Shown here piece after piece: positions 39,616-50,344 of a DNA stretch of 64,000 bases. The position numbers and the translations under genes are program-made. This DNA comes from an uncultured Poribacteria bacterium (GTDB lineage Bacteria > Poribacteria > WGA-4E > WGA-3G). The notes under the pieces were generated by a model. That model was not told where the DNA came from. It ran no database searches and saw only the letters and a program-made list of their open reading frames with translations. The stretch lies in NCBI GenBank assembly GCA_958296135.2, contig CATQHZ020000001.1, positions 4,032,001 through 4,096,000 of the forward strand, written 5' to 3'. The first letter of the stretch is position 1, and each line of letters starts with the position of its first letter.

Positions 39616-42600
39616 ATGAAAACACGTCACTTACGTTTAACGAGTCTCATGGCGTTCGCGCTGTTGCTGACACTCGCGATGCAAGTTACCGCCGCCGAAC
39701 GCCTCCACTTCGACCGGGATATTCGCCCAATTCTATCGGATAAATGCTACGCCTGCCACGGGCCAGACCCGGCGCAACGCCAAGCCGAACTCCGACTCGA
39801 CACCAAAGAAGGCGCATTCTCCGCGCCTAGCGGTTATCCCATCATCGTGCCGGGCGAACCTGAAAACAGCGAACTCGTCGCACGCATCACGCACGCAGAT
39901 GTAGAACAGCGGATGCCACCGCAGGCATCGAATCGCCAACCAACGCAAAAACAGATTGATACCCTCATCCGATGGATCGCCGAAGGAGCAGAATGGGAAG
40001 AACACTGGGTATACAATCTGTCAGAACGCGTCGAACCACCAACAGTTCAAAACAGCGACCGGGGCCGCAATCCTATCGACCGGTTCATCCTCGGCAGATT
40101 GGACGCAGAAGGGCTCAAACCCGCCGATGCAGCAGACAAACGCACGCTCATCCGCCGACTGAACTTTGACCTGACCGGGTTATTGCCAAAACCTGCTGAG
40201 GTAGAGCAGTTCTTAAGAGATGAACGCCCCAGTGCTTACGAGGAACTCGTCAACCGCCTCCTGTCTAAACCGCAATATGGCGAACGCATGGCGATTTATT
40301 GGCTCGATCTGGTGCGATACGCCGACACAAGCGGCTACCACTCCGACGAATCCGTCAGCGTCTGGCCCTATCGCGACTACGTCATTCGCGCTTTTAATGA
40401 CAACATGCCGTTTGACCAGTTCACGCTAGAAAACCTCGCCGGCGACCTGCTGCCCAACGCAACGCGCGAGCAAAAAGTCGCATCCGGATACAACCGACTC
40501 AACCAGACAACCGCTGAAGGCGGCGCACAAGCGAAGGAGTACCTCGCTATCTATGCCGCTGACCGGGTGCGCACCACCGCATCCGTCTGGCTCGGCGCAA
40601 CACTCGGATGCGCACAATGCCACGACCACAAATTCGACCCCTATACGGCGAAAGACTTTTACAGCTTCGCAGCCTTCTTCGCTGACATCGAAGGACCCGG
40701 CGTATACGGCGGTGGCAGCAAATGGGCACCCGTTGTAATGCTCCCTACCGCCGAGCAGCAAACAGCATTGCAGGAAATTGACGACGAACTGACGAAATTG
40801 CGAGAAGTTTTTAACGCATCATCACCTGCCCTAGAAGCCGAACAGGCACGGTGGGAAGCAGAGATTCTCTCCCTGCTCCCTTCAACAGAACCCGCCGATT
40901 TCGCATGGGTAGATGACGCGCAGCACAACGGCGGCAGAACCGATGGTGTGTGGGAATTCGTCGGCAAAAATGAGGCACCCGTTTTCAGCAAACTGCGTTC
41001 GCGCCGACAGACAGCGAAACCAGAACAGACAATTCAGCACAGTTTCAGAGGGGCCAACCGGAAGTTTACACTGGACGAAGAAGACCGGCTCTTCGCCTAC
41101 GTCTGGCTCGACCCGGGTGCACCGCCAGAAACCCTCATGCTCCAATGGAACGACGGAAATTGGGAACACCGCGCCTTCTGGGGTGAAGATAAAATTAAAT
41201 TTGGGGGACTCGGCAAGGATACACCTGCGCACAAACCGATGGGGCCCTTGCCTGAAACCGGCGAATGGGTGCGGCTCGAAGTCACGCCGGCCGATGTGGG
41301 ATTGGAGCCGGGGAGCGTCCTCAACGGAATGGCGTTCGTCCAGCACGGCGGCACAGCCTATTGGGATGTCGCAGGCATTGCAACTACGCGCGGCTCGGAA
41401 GTGAAACACACCCACACCGAACCGGTCATCAAAGCAATTCAGGTGGACACCTTCGTCAGAACAACCAGCCAGAAAAAACAGATCGCCGCTGAGTATCGCC
41501 GCATCGCACCCGCACTTGACGGAATCCGCAATCAGATCGCAGCATTAGCGCAGCAGAAAACCGATATTGAAGCGGAGATGCCCTATTCACTGACAACCGC
41601 CTCGGGGCAACCCCGCACTACCCGTGTGTTGCCGAGAGGAAATTGGATGGACGATTCCGGTGCAATAGTCGAACCCGCAATACCCGAATTCCTCGGAGAC
41701 CTCGGCATCAAAAACCGCCGTTCCACCCGGCTCGAACTCGCACAGTGGGTGGTGTCAAAGGACAATCCGCTGACAGCACGCGCTTTTGTGAATCGCCTCT
41801 GGGCACTCTTCTTCGGAACAGGGCTATCTCGCGTCCTCGATGACCTGGGTGCGCAAGGAGAACCGCCCGTGCATCCAGAATTGCTCGACTGGCTCGCGCT
41901 GGAATTCATGGACAGCGGATGGAATGTCAAGCATATCGTGAAACTCATCGTCACCTCGAATACCTATCGGCAGTCTTCAAAACCGACGGAGGTGTTGCGC
42001 GAACGGGATGCTTACAATCGCCTGCTGGCCCGACAGTCACGGTGGCGGCTTGATGCCGAAGTTGTCCGAGACACTGCCTTGCAGCTGAGCGGCCTGCTTA
42101 TCCCCGACATCGGCGGACCGAGTGTGAGACCGTATCAGCCGAAGGGGTATTACGCGAACCTCAACTTTCCAAAGCGGACGTATGTCCACGACACCGGGGA
42201 ACGTCAGTACCGTCGCGGGCTGTATACGCACTGGCAACGCACCTTCTTGCATCCGAGCCTGATGGCGTTCGATGCACCAAGTCGACAGGAATGCACAGCG
42301 GAACGCGCCACTTCCAACACGCCGATGCAGGCGTTGACGCTCCTCAACGATCCGACTTACGTGGAGGCAGCGCGTGTGTTTGCATCCCGCATCCTCAACG
42401 AAGGTGGAGAAACGCCGACAGAACGCATCAACTGGGCATACCAATGGGCATTGTCTCGTCCCCCGCAACCGAAAGAATTGGAAATCATGACAGCGGTTTA
42501 TGAAAAACACCGCGGCGAATTCACCGCCGATAGTGACGCTGCCGAAGCGTTAGTCGCAACCGGCGACGCGCCCGCAATAGACGGAGTTGAAATCAATGAA

Positions 42601-42666
42601 CTCGCCGCGTGGACTTCCGTGGCGCGCGTCATCTTGAACTTACATGAGACAATTACGCGGTATTAG
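39616..42666 (+). CDS. PSD1/PSCyt planctomycete cytochrome c domain protein (DUF1549/DUF1553)
   Basis: CYACHG, NPIDRFI, WLDLVRYADT, CAQCHDHKFDP, HPELLDWLA, NTPMQALTLLND. Confidence 0.93.
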   Translation: MKTRHLRLTSLMAFALLLTLAMQVTAAERLHFDRDIRPILSDKCYACHGPDPAQRQAELRLDTKEGAFSAPSGYPIIVPGEPENSELVARITHADVEQRMPPQASNRQPTQKQIDTLIRWIAEGAEWEEHWVYNLSERVEPPTVQNSDRGRNPIDRFILGRLDAEGLKPADAADKRTLIRRLNFDLTGLLPKPAEVEQFLRDERPSAYEELVNRLLSKPQYGERMAIYWLDLVRYADTSGYHSDESVSVWPYRDYVIRAFNDNMPFDQFTLENLAGDLLPNATREQKVASGYNRLNQTTAEGGAQAKEYLAIYAADRVRTTASVWLGATLGCAQCHDHKFDPYTAKDFYSFAAFFADIEGPGVYGGGSKWAPVVMLPTAEQQTALQEIDDELTKLREVFNASSPALEAEQARWEAEILSLLPSTEPADFAWVDDAQHNGGRTDGVWEFVGKNEAPVFSKLRSRRQTAKPEQTIQHSFRGANRKFTLDEEDRLFAYVWLDPGAPPETLMLQWNDGNWEHRAFWGEDKIKFGGLGKDTPAHKPMGPLPETGEWVRLEVTPADVGLEPGSVLNGMAFVQHGGTAYWDVAGIATTRGSEVKHTHTEPVIKAIQVDTFVRTTSQKKQIAAEYRRIAPALDGIRNQIAALAQQKTDIEAEMPYSLTTASGQPRTTRVLPRGNWMDDSGAIVEPAIPEFLGDLGIKNRRSTRLELAQWVVSKDNPLTARAFVNRLWALFFGTGLSRVLDDLGAQGEPPVHPELLDWLALEFMDSGWNVKHIVKLIVTSNTYRQSSKPTEVLRERDAYNRLLARQSRWRLDAEVVRDTALQLSGLLIPDIGGPSVRPYQPKGYYANLNFPKRTYVHDTGERQYRRGLYTHWQRTFLHPSLMAFDAPSRQECTAERATSNTPMQALTLLNDPTYVEAARVFASRILNEGGETPTERINWAYQWALSRPPQPKELEIMTAVYEKHRGEFTADSDAAEALVATGDAPAIDGVEINELAAWTSVARVILNLHETITRY

Positions 42667-42739
42667 GATGAAACTGGTGGAAAAAGCCTCATCCCGATAA
42701 AGGACCGCTCAGATCTTAATCGCTATAGGAGGATAAGGA

Positions 42740-44173
42740 ATGGCTACGGATATTCACGAAGAAACCAACCTTCGCCTCACAAGGCGCACGTTTTTAGGGA
42801 AAACGGCGCGGAGCGTCGGTTCACTCGCACTCGGCTCCCTGCTGATGCCATCGCTACTCAACGCAGCACCGAAGATTGAACGATGGCCCGGCATCATCAC
42901 GGAACCGCATGTGCCGCCGAAGGCAAAGCGGGTTATCCACCTCTGCATGGCAGGCGGCCCCTCGCATCTGGAAACGTTGGACTACAAACCCAAACTCGCG
43001 GAGATGCACGGCAAGCCGATGCCGGAATCGTTCACTAAAGGGCAGCCGATCGCGCAGCTCCAGAATCAGGAGCTCAAATGCCTCGGGCCGACACACGCAT
43101 TCCAAAGGTATGGGAAATCGGGACAGCAGATCAGCGCGGCGTTTCCGCACATCGGAAGCCTTGCCGATGACATCTGCATTGTCCGCTCCCTGCAAACCGA
43201 GCAGATCAATCACGATCCGGCGCATACCTTTATGAATACCGGCACGGTGATTTCCGGACGGCCCAGCATGGGCTCGTGGCTGCTCTACGGACTCGGCAGT
43301 GAAAATGATAACCTGCCGGGTTACGTCGTCCTTATCTCCTCGGGTGGTGGGCAGGACCAGCCGATTGCGACGCGGCAGTGGCACAGCGGGTTTTTGCCGG
43401 GGCAGTTCCAAGGCGTACAGTTCCATGCCACCGGCGACCCGGTCCACTACGTCACAAACCCTAGCGGCGTGAACACGGAACAGCAGCGCGACGTTGTCGA
43501 TGCCGTGCAGACGTTGAACAGCATGCTTGACGAAACAGTCGATGACCCGGCCATTGCAACGCGTATCAGCCAATATGAGATGGCGTTCCGAATGCAGACA
43601 AGTGTGCCGGAGCTCACCGACATTTCCAAAGAACCGCAGCATGTCTTGGACATGTATGGCGCGGTGCCAGGCGACGGGTCCTACGCTTCAAACTGCCTGC
43701 TTGCACGGCGGCTGGCGGAACGCGACGTGCGGTTTATTCAACTCTACCACCGCGGCTGGGACCATCACGGCGGCATCCAAGACGCGATTAAAACGACAGC
43801 CGGCTATGTAGATAAGGCCACGGCAGCTCTCGTCACAGATTTGAAACAGCGCGGCATGTTGGACGAAACCTTAGTGATATGGGGCGGCGAATTCGGGCGG
43901 ACCCCGATGGCACAAGGCACCGGGCGCGACCATCACATTCGTGGGTTCTCAATGTGGATGGCAGGCGGCGGCACCAAAGGCGGCATCAGTTACGGTAATA
44001 CCGATGACTTGGGGTATTACGCCGTCGAGAACATCGTGCATGTCCACGACTTCCACGCAACGCTGCTGCATCTCCTCGGGATCGACCACGAGAAACTCAC
44101 CTACCGCTTCCAGGGCCGGGACTTCCGTTTGACAGATGTGCATGGGCACGTCGTGCGGGACATTTTGGCGTAG
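42740..44173 (+). CDS. DUF1501 domain protein (Tat-exported, sulfatase-like)
   Basis: TRRTFL, MAGGPSHLE, GEFGRTP, GRDFRLTDV. Confidence 0.93.
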   Translation: MATDIHEETNLRLTRRTFLGKTARSVGSLALGSLLMPSLLNAAPKIERWPGIITEPHVPPKAKRVIHLCMAGGPSHLETLDYKPKLAEMHGKPMPESFTKGQPIAQLQNQELKCLGPTHAFQRYGKSGQQISAAFPHIGSLADDICIVRSLQTEQINHDPAHTFMNTGTVISGRPSMGSWLLYGLGSENDNLPGYVVLISSGGGQDQPIATRQWHSGFLPGQFQGVQFHATGDPVHYVTNPSGVNTEQQRDVVDAVQTLNSMLDETVDDPAIATRISQYEMAFRMQTSVPELTDISKEPQHVLDMYGAVPGDGSYASNCLLARRLAERDVRFIQLYHRGWDHHGGIQDAIKTTAGYVDKATAALVTDLKQRGMLDETLVIWGGEFGRTPMAQGTGRDHHIRGFSMWMAGGGTKGGISYGNTDDLGYYAVENIVHVHDFHATLLHLLGIDHEKLTYRFQGRDFRLTDVHGHVVRDILA

Positions 44174-44265
44174 CATGCCACGCAGCTGCTTTGCAGGGCG
44201 AGCTCGCCTGAGCTCGCCCTACAAATGCGATACAATTCAGATGAACGGAAGGCAAAGGAGAAATC

Positions 44266-47199
44266 ATGAGACACCAACCTGAAAACATTATCACGGCAGA
44301 ATTAGTCGGCCTCCTTAACAAAATGAGCGCAAACTGGACGCTGGAGCAACATCAGCGTCCCTTTCGGGATAGCCAGAAAAACCCCGACGTGTTGATGACG
44401 AAGGCGGGACATGAACCCGTCGTGATTGAAGCAAAATACGCTGACACACCCAACGAAAAACGTCTGTTAGAACAAGCCACAAAACACATCGGGCGCGAAC
44501 TGAAGCAGGAGTATAACCTATTAACCAATGTCCTGCACAGCGTCATGGCAATTCGCTACCCAGTCTGGCTCAGAGATGTAGCCGGCAGGGATGTTGCACA
44601 GCAACTTCGCAATACCGATGAACTCCTGTATCTGCTCATCGGGCAGAGTGGCGGCGAGCGTTACCAATTCCCCCGCACCGGATGGGCGAAAGGCACCGTC
44701 GCCGACATTGCCAACGCACTGCATGTCGGCGCTATACCGAGAGAACGCATTGATAAAGCCGCCGAGCAAATGGAACACGACATTGGAGTCGCCGCGGGAT
44801 GGCTTGAAGCCGCGATTAAAGAACGTCCCATCATCGGCAAGCGAATCGAGGATATCCTGCACCAAGAAGCTGGCGAGCAGACTTACCGAATGGCAATGCT
44901 CATTGTCACCGACGCGTTCCTGTTTCAGTCCTCACTCGCCGGAAAGCAGGGAATGGAGAAAGTCCAATCCCTGAAAAACCACCTGCAGCACCCAGAATTC
45001 TCCGCTGTCGTTCAGGACTGGGACGCGATTCTGAGCGTGAACTACATCCCTATCTTTGAAGATGCAAAGCGGATTATAGCAGTCGTCGCCACAGATGACC
45101 GGCTGATTGATAGACTCCTAGCCCGCCTCTGCGCAGCCGCAGCCAACCTTGTTGAGACGGGCCTCGCCCAAATACACGAACTGGCAGGCGAAGTCTTCCA
45201 AAAACTCATCGTGGACCGGAAATACATTAAGGCGAATTACACGCTGCCGACATCGGCAGCACTCCTCGCAACGCTAGTATGTCCAGAATTACCTGAAGGG
45301 AAACTGCCGAAAGTTGCAGACTTTGCTTGCGGCACCGGCTCGCTGCTAAATAGCGTTTACAAGCGCGTGCAACGGCTTTATGAACAAGACGGCGGTAACT
45401 GCGCGGACATCCACCAAGAAATGTTAGAGAATAAAATCGGCGGCAGTGATGTCATGCCGAACGCCACACATATCACCTTTGCGTCTCTCGCAAGCGCGCA
45501 ACCCGGCATCCCGCTCGGTGCAACCCGCATCATCACCGCACCCTACGGAAAACAAGACGGTGAACTGTACGCCCTCGGTTCGCTGGAACTGCTGGACAGC
45601 CAGGAATTGTTCGATCCGATGGAACTCAAAGCCGAACAGGTAAACGGCAATGGAAATATCCACGTCGTTATGAAGCGCGAGTTCCCCGACAGCGAAATGG
45701 ACATCGTCATCCAAAATCCACCGTTTATCCGGCCCGGGTCTGACGTGGGAAGAGGGATACCGAAGACAACGTTCCAGGGAACGCAGCGGCCTGAAGAAGA
45801 ACAGAAGGCAATGCAAGCAGCTTTGGGACAGAAACAGACACGTGTCGCGCATGGGCAAGCCGGATTTGTCTCCTACTTCATCGAGCTCGCCGATAAAAAA
45901 TTGGCGGAAGACGGTACCATGGGGTTCATCCTCCCTGTGACAGTGCTCAACTCGCCGGCATCGCAAAAATTGCGGGATATGCTGGCAACGGAATACGACG
46001 ACGTAGGAGTAATCACCATCGCCGCCGCGAAGGGGCGCGACTGCTCTTTTTCTGCAGATACAGATATGGCGGAGTGCATAATCGTCGCAAAAAAAGGAAA
46101 GGCAGAGACAACAGGACGCGGGAAATTCATCTGTCTGAACGAGCGGCCGCAGAGCGACTTGGAAGCAATTGCAATTGCGAATTACATGGCAAACACCGAG
46201 GCCCCGCGTGCCTTAGAAGACGCGCCAAGCGGCGGGAATATCCTCCGCCTCGGAGACGAACAGGCAGGACAGATGCTCCGATGCCCACTGCCGGTTGGGC
46301 AACCTTGGGTGGCAGTACGGATTAAATCGATGGCCCTGCTTCAATCCTTTAATCAACTCGCCAATGAGAAAACGTTGTGGGTGCCGACACATGTAGAAAC
46401 CGTGCAGATGCCGGTGTGCCGGGTTGATGAGATAGCCACCCCTGGCTACACCGATTTTAGGGGCGTGTTTGAGATGGTGAAGGGCAATAGCGGCGACGGG
46501 TATCCCTGCCTGTGGAACACAAACAGCGAGGCGCAACGGGCGATGGTTGTGCTCCCAGACTCACGCGGCATCCCGATACCCGGTGCGGAGAACAAAGTGA
46601 AACGGCGCGCGCGGCTCAACAGCAGAACGCATTACAATCTCATTTTGGGCATGGCATCTAGTTCGGTTGTGGCTCTCTTTACAGAGGAGACGGCTATCGG
46701 TGTAAAGCATATCCCAAACGTCTGGTTTGAAAACCCGCGACATGAGATTCCCTTTACGCTCTGGTGCAACTCAACGCTCGGTTTTTTATCTCACTGGGGA
46801 CATTGCAGCAAGCAACAATCGGCGCGCGGCAGGTTATCTGTTGAAGCGTTACGCAGCCTCCCAACGCTGGATGTGCGTGCCTTGAGCGATGCCCAACTCT
46901 CGGCAGCCGAGACAGTGTTCGCCGCCCTAAAGTATGAGCGGATGCTCCCGTTCAACGAGTGTTGGGATGACGATGTCCGAAAATCGCTGGACGAGCGGTT
47001 ACTCACCGAAGTGCTCGGCATCACCGACCCGGGTGTCCACGCGGCGATGCAGACGCTGCGGGATATGCTCAGCGCAGAACCGAGTGTCAATGGCGCAAAG
47101 AAATCTCGGTGCAACCTCCTGAAGGAATTGAAGCACCTGACAGTGCAGGGCATCGTGCTACCGGGGATGACATTGGCGGCGCAAACTGCTTTATGCTAA
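44266..47199 (+). CDS. Type IIG-like restriction-modification fusion (PD-(D/E)xK nuclease plus amino-methyltransferase)
   Basis: PDVL...VIEAK, DFACGTGSLL (motif I), QNPPF (motif IV). Confidence 0.8.
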   Translation: MRHQPENIITAELVGLLNKMSANWTLEQHQRPFRDSQKNPDVLMTKAGHEPVVIEAKYADTPNEKRLLEQATKHIGRELKQEYNLLTNVLHSVMAIRYPVWLRDVAGRDVAQQLRNTDELLYLLIGQSGGERYQFPRTGWAKGTVADIANALHVGAIPRERIDKAAEQMEHDIGVAAGWLEAAIKERPIIGKRIEDILHQEAGEQTYRMAMLIVTDAFLFQSSLAGKQGMEKVQSLKNHLQHPEFSAVVQDWDAILSVNYIPIFEDAKRIIAVVATDDRLIDRLLARLCAAAANLVETGLAQIHELAGEVFQKLIVDRKYIKANYTLPTSAALLATLVCPELPEGKLPKVADFACGTGSLLNSVYKRVQRLYEQDGGNCADIHQEMLENKIGGSDVMPNATHITFASLASAQPGIPLGATRIITAPYGKQDGELYALGSLELLDSQELFDPMELKAEQVNGNGNIHVVMKREFPDSEMDIVIQNPPFIRPGSDVGRGIPKTTFQGTQRPEEEQKAMQAALGQKQTRVAHGQAGFVSYFIELADKKLAEDGTMGFILPVTVLNSPASQKLRDMLATEYDDVGVITIAAAKGRDCSFSADTDMAECIIVAKKGKAETTGRGKFICLNERPQSDLEAIAIANYMANTEAPRALEDAPSGGNILRLGDEQAGQMLRCPLPVGQPWVAVRIKSMALLQSFNQLANEKTLWVPTHVETVQMPVCRVDEIATPGYTDFRGVFEMVKGNSGDGYPCLWNTNSEAQRAMVVLPDSRGIPIPGAENKVKRRARLNSRTHYNLILGMASSSVVALFTEETAIGVKHIPNVWFENPRHEIPFTLWCNSTLGFLSHWGHCSKQQSARGRLSVEALRSLPTLDVRALSDAQLSAAETVFAALKYERMLPFNECWDDDVRKSLDERLLTEVLGITDPGVHAAMQTLRDMLSAEPSVNGAKKSRCNLLKELKHLTVQGIVLPGMTLAAQTALC

Positions 47200-47259
47200 A
47201 TTAAATCTGGGACATCGCGAAGGACAGGCTCGCGCCCTACGCGCCACGGACAGCCCCTT

Positions 47260-48345
47260 CTAAGCCCGAAAATCCGGCACCGCCACCGGCACCCCACCCT
47301 TCGCAATCGACTCCTCCGAAACCAACCCCGGCACCGTGAAATCCATCGCCGTGTAGACATCTAGCGGTGGCACGGTGTCGTTGAGGATACTGTCCACGAA
47401 ATCGCGCACTTTAAAATACTCGCCTAAATCGCCTGCATGCTCCGCTTCGGCAGGCGGGTTCTTCCACCGTTCTGGCAAGAAATCCGCCTCAAATGCCGAA
47501 AGTGCTCTCCACGTTTCACCGGCATCCATATCGGATAACCAAACCTTGGATGCCGCACCAAACCCGCGCGAACTCTCATAACACCCTTTCGTCCCCTGAA
47601 GACTGAAATAGGAATTCGCCGGACGGTTGGAGAGCATGTCAATCCGAATCTTAATCAAACCGCCGCTCCCCGTTTTGCAGAGCATCATCACCGTATCCTC
47701 CATCGCATGCTCCGAGTCCGTGTGAACGCCTGTCCCCAGACAACAGACACTGCTCACGCGCTCATCGAACCACTGCAACACCGGTCCGAGGCTGTGCGTC
47801 GCATAATTGCACCGATTAATGCCGACTTGCCAATAGTAACGCCACGTCGGATTCCCGGTCGCGTCGTGATGGAGCGATTTGACGTTGTGAACGTATTCCC
47901 CCTCGCCAAAGTAAACCTCGCCGAATAACCCTTGCGCCACCATATTGCGGATGAGCACATTAGAACGGGAATAGCAGGTATTTTCCGCCATCGTATATTT
48001 GGCGGATGCCTTCCGCACAGCGTTCACCAATTCATAGCACTCGTCTAACTTAACCGCCGCTGTCACCTCGCTAATGACGTGTTTCCCTGCCTCCAACGCC
48101 TCAATCGCCTGCGGCACGTGCAGGTTCTCTGGTGTCGCGAGGACAACCATATCTACCGCATTCAGCATCTCCGAATAATCCGTGAACCGCTGCCGAATAC
48201 CGAACCGTTCCGCAACGCTATGAAGGGCGGCTTCGTTGATGTCACACACCGCTGTGATGTTGGTTTCGGCTATCGCCGTGAAAGGTTGCACGTAAGAACT
48301 TCCCCGGTGCGCGCCGACAATTCCGACTTTCAGTTGATTCGCCAT
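47260..48345 (-). CDS. Gfo/Idh/MocA family oxidoreductase
   Basis: KVGIVGAHRG, ATP..LH, KHVISEV, YATHSLGP; RBS GGAGGAG. Confidence 0.9.
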   Translation of the reverse strand: MANQLKVGIVGAHRGSSYVQPFTAIAETNITAVCDINEAALHSVAERFGIRQRFTDYSEMLNAVDMVVLATPENLHVPQAIEALEAGKHVISEVTAAVKLDECYELVNAVRKASAKYTMAENTCYSRSNVLIRNMVAQGLFGEVYFGEGEYVHNVKSLHHDATGNPTWRYYWQVGINRCNYATHSLGPVLQWFDERVSSVCCLGTGVHTDSEHAMEDTVMMLCKTGSGGLIKIRIDMLSNRPANSYFSLQGTKGCYESSRGFGAASKVWLSDMDAGETWRALSAFEADFLPERWKNPPAEAEHAGDLGEYFKVRDFVDSILNDTVPPLDVYTAMDFTVPGLVSEESIAKGGVPVAVPDFRA

Positions 48346-48611
48346 ATCTATCTCCTCCCGTGAGTGAGGGGCAGTATAGCAACGTGTCCGGAATTTATCC
48401 ACTGATTTCCTGCTCTTCACGGAAAAATCATTTTTTTTCATTTTTTATGGTACCTTTTGCCAGAAATCAACGTCTATGTGTTTAAAAGCAGGTATGTTAT
48501 CCATCGCATTTGGCAAGGGAACCTTCTTCCTCCCGGTGCCCCAGGCATAATGAGAGAAGTTCAGAAAAAGTTGGGTCATTTGTCAAAAGATGCCCCACAA
48601 AGGAGCAAATC

Positions 48612-49403
48612 ATGCACACGAGACTTGATAACCCATCGGCCGACGAACTTTTTGCGAACACTGAGCGTGCCATTGCGTCTACTCCGCTCCTCAGCACTGA
48701 GGAGGAGCAGGCGTGCGTGAGAGAGGGGACTGAGGAAGCACGCATACGGCTTATTGAATCTTACATGCCGCTCGTGAAATCGATCGCCTTTGGTTACAAC
48801 GGCTGCGGCGTTGATGTCAAAGACCTTTTCCAACAAGGCATGATGGGGCTCTGCAAAGCCGTAGATAAATATCAGCCGGGCCGCGGCAGACTCGGTGCCT
48901 TCGCCCGGCATTTTATCTCTGGCGAGATACGCTGTTATCTCAATAAGGAGCAAACGCTGCTCCACCTCCCGAGCCCACTGCGCCGCTCAGTGAATAAGTT
49001 TCGCCGCGTGTGCAGGCAACTGGGCGAAGGCACAACAGACGAGGCTATCGCAGCGGCGATGGGATGCGATGTTGAGCACGTGCCCTGTTTTCGCGACTGC
49101 GCGGAACATCGCTTTGAAAGCCTCGATGCACCTGTGGGCGACGGGGACGATGCGGAAACGCTAGGGGAGACAATTGGAGAACTTGACCCGGGCTTCGCTG
49201 AAGTTGACGCGAAACTGACCGTGGAACAGCTGCTGTCCAAACTCTCTCCGACAGCGCGCGATGTGATACGCCTGCGGTATGGATTTGAAGGCGAACCGAT
49301 GAGTCTCCGGGAGGTAGGCACGCATGTTAACCGCTCCCATGAATGGGCGGCGAAAGTAGAGCGCGCGGCGATAGCGAAACTCCGCGAACACGCACAACGA
49401 TAA
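48612..49403 (+). CDS. Alternative sigma-70 family RNA polymerase sigma factor
   Basis: PLLSTEEE (1.2), DLFQQGMMGLCKAVDKY (2), SLDAPV (3.2), VIRLRYG...SLREVG (4); RBS AGGAG. Confidence 0.9.
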   Translation: MHTRLDNPSADELFANTERAIASTPLLSTEEEQACVREGTEEARIRLIESYMPLVKSIAFGYNGCGVDVKDLFQQGMMGLCKAVDKYQPGRGRLGAFARHFISGEIRCYLNKEQTLLHLPSPLRRSVNKFRRVCRQLGEGTTDEAIAAAMGCDVEHVPCFRDCAEHRFESLDAPVGDGDDAETLGETIGELDPGFAEVDAKLTVEQLLSKLSPTARDVIRLRYGFEGEPMSLREVGTHVNRSHEWAAKVERAAIAKLREHAQR

Positions 49404-49748
49404 AAAAAAGCGCGGATGTTGCGAAATGTTCATTTTTTCTGTCATTTTTCTCATTTTTCCTGCAGAAAAAGTTGACAGTTTGGAATTTTCAGCACATATT
49501 AAGGGTATGGAGCCTGACATTTTCATTTTCCGGTCGGCTTCTTCCGTTTTTCTACAGAAAAAGTTGACAGTCGGTGGGACACTCTGTGGTACCCGAGTTT
49601 ATACGAGAACTACATACGTCTACCCGGCTGAACACTATATTTTGTTGTCGGATAACACGATTTTTCACGTAGATCACGGCGACACGTGGGTGAGTTTTCC
49701 ACGAGAGTTCCGGGTTAAGACCGCGACGAAAAGAACGCGCGCGGAATT

Positions 49749-50102
49749 TTGAACACCGAAAACATGGACGACGATGAAATCGCAGCAGCGACATATCATC
49801 AACTCCTTGAGCAGTTCGGCGATATGCCGGAGGTTCATACCTATCATGAATTGAGCCGGAAATTTGTATCCGGACTCACCCTAGAAGAGAATATCGCCTT
49901 CGTTGAAGCCGCGCAATTCTTGTTTCCTAATGAGACGAACCGGAAAACTCTTGTGTGGTTAAAGTGGCGCCAAGCCAAAGAGATAGACTTACCCGCAGGG
50001 GCCATAGCCGAACCCACAGAAGAAGATCTGGCGTATCTCTATAGTCACGGAATTCAAGTGATGCGCACGCCAACGAGTCTGACTATCTATACGGGGCCCT
50101 AA
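49749..50102 (+). pseudogene. 5'-truncated paralog of the C-terminal domain of 53825..54511
   Basis: QLLEQFGDMPEVH...TLEENIAFVEAAQFLFPNE; no signal/TM, no RBS, in-frame TAA just upstream. Confidence 0.55.
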
Positions 50103-50344
50103 AGAAACCCCAGCGTTTACGCACATTCCCTACGCTGGCATTGGGCACCCACTTTGTAGTGAGACAGAGTCTGATGCCGGTATAGGGCGCGACGGCACGC
50201 GAGAACCGGCACTCGCCCTATAGGAACAGGAGAATTTCGCGCTTGCAAAATTCCCCTTTTTCCTATAGAATTAAAAGCACACGAGGGACAGCCCCTCGCA
50301 CTACGTTTTGCTACGGTTTAAGGAAAAACGCCGATTCCCAGAAA

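Noticed and set aside
49426-49752. 108-aa ORF downstream of the sigma factor
   Set aside because: Its first half translates the T-rich motif repeats and it has no RBS; at most a gene remnant.
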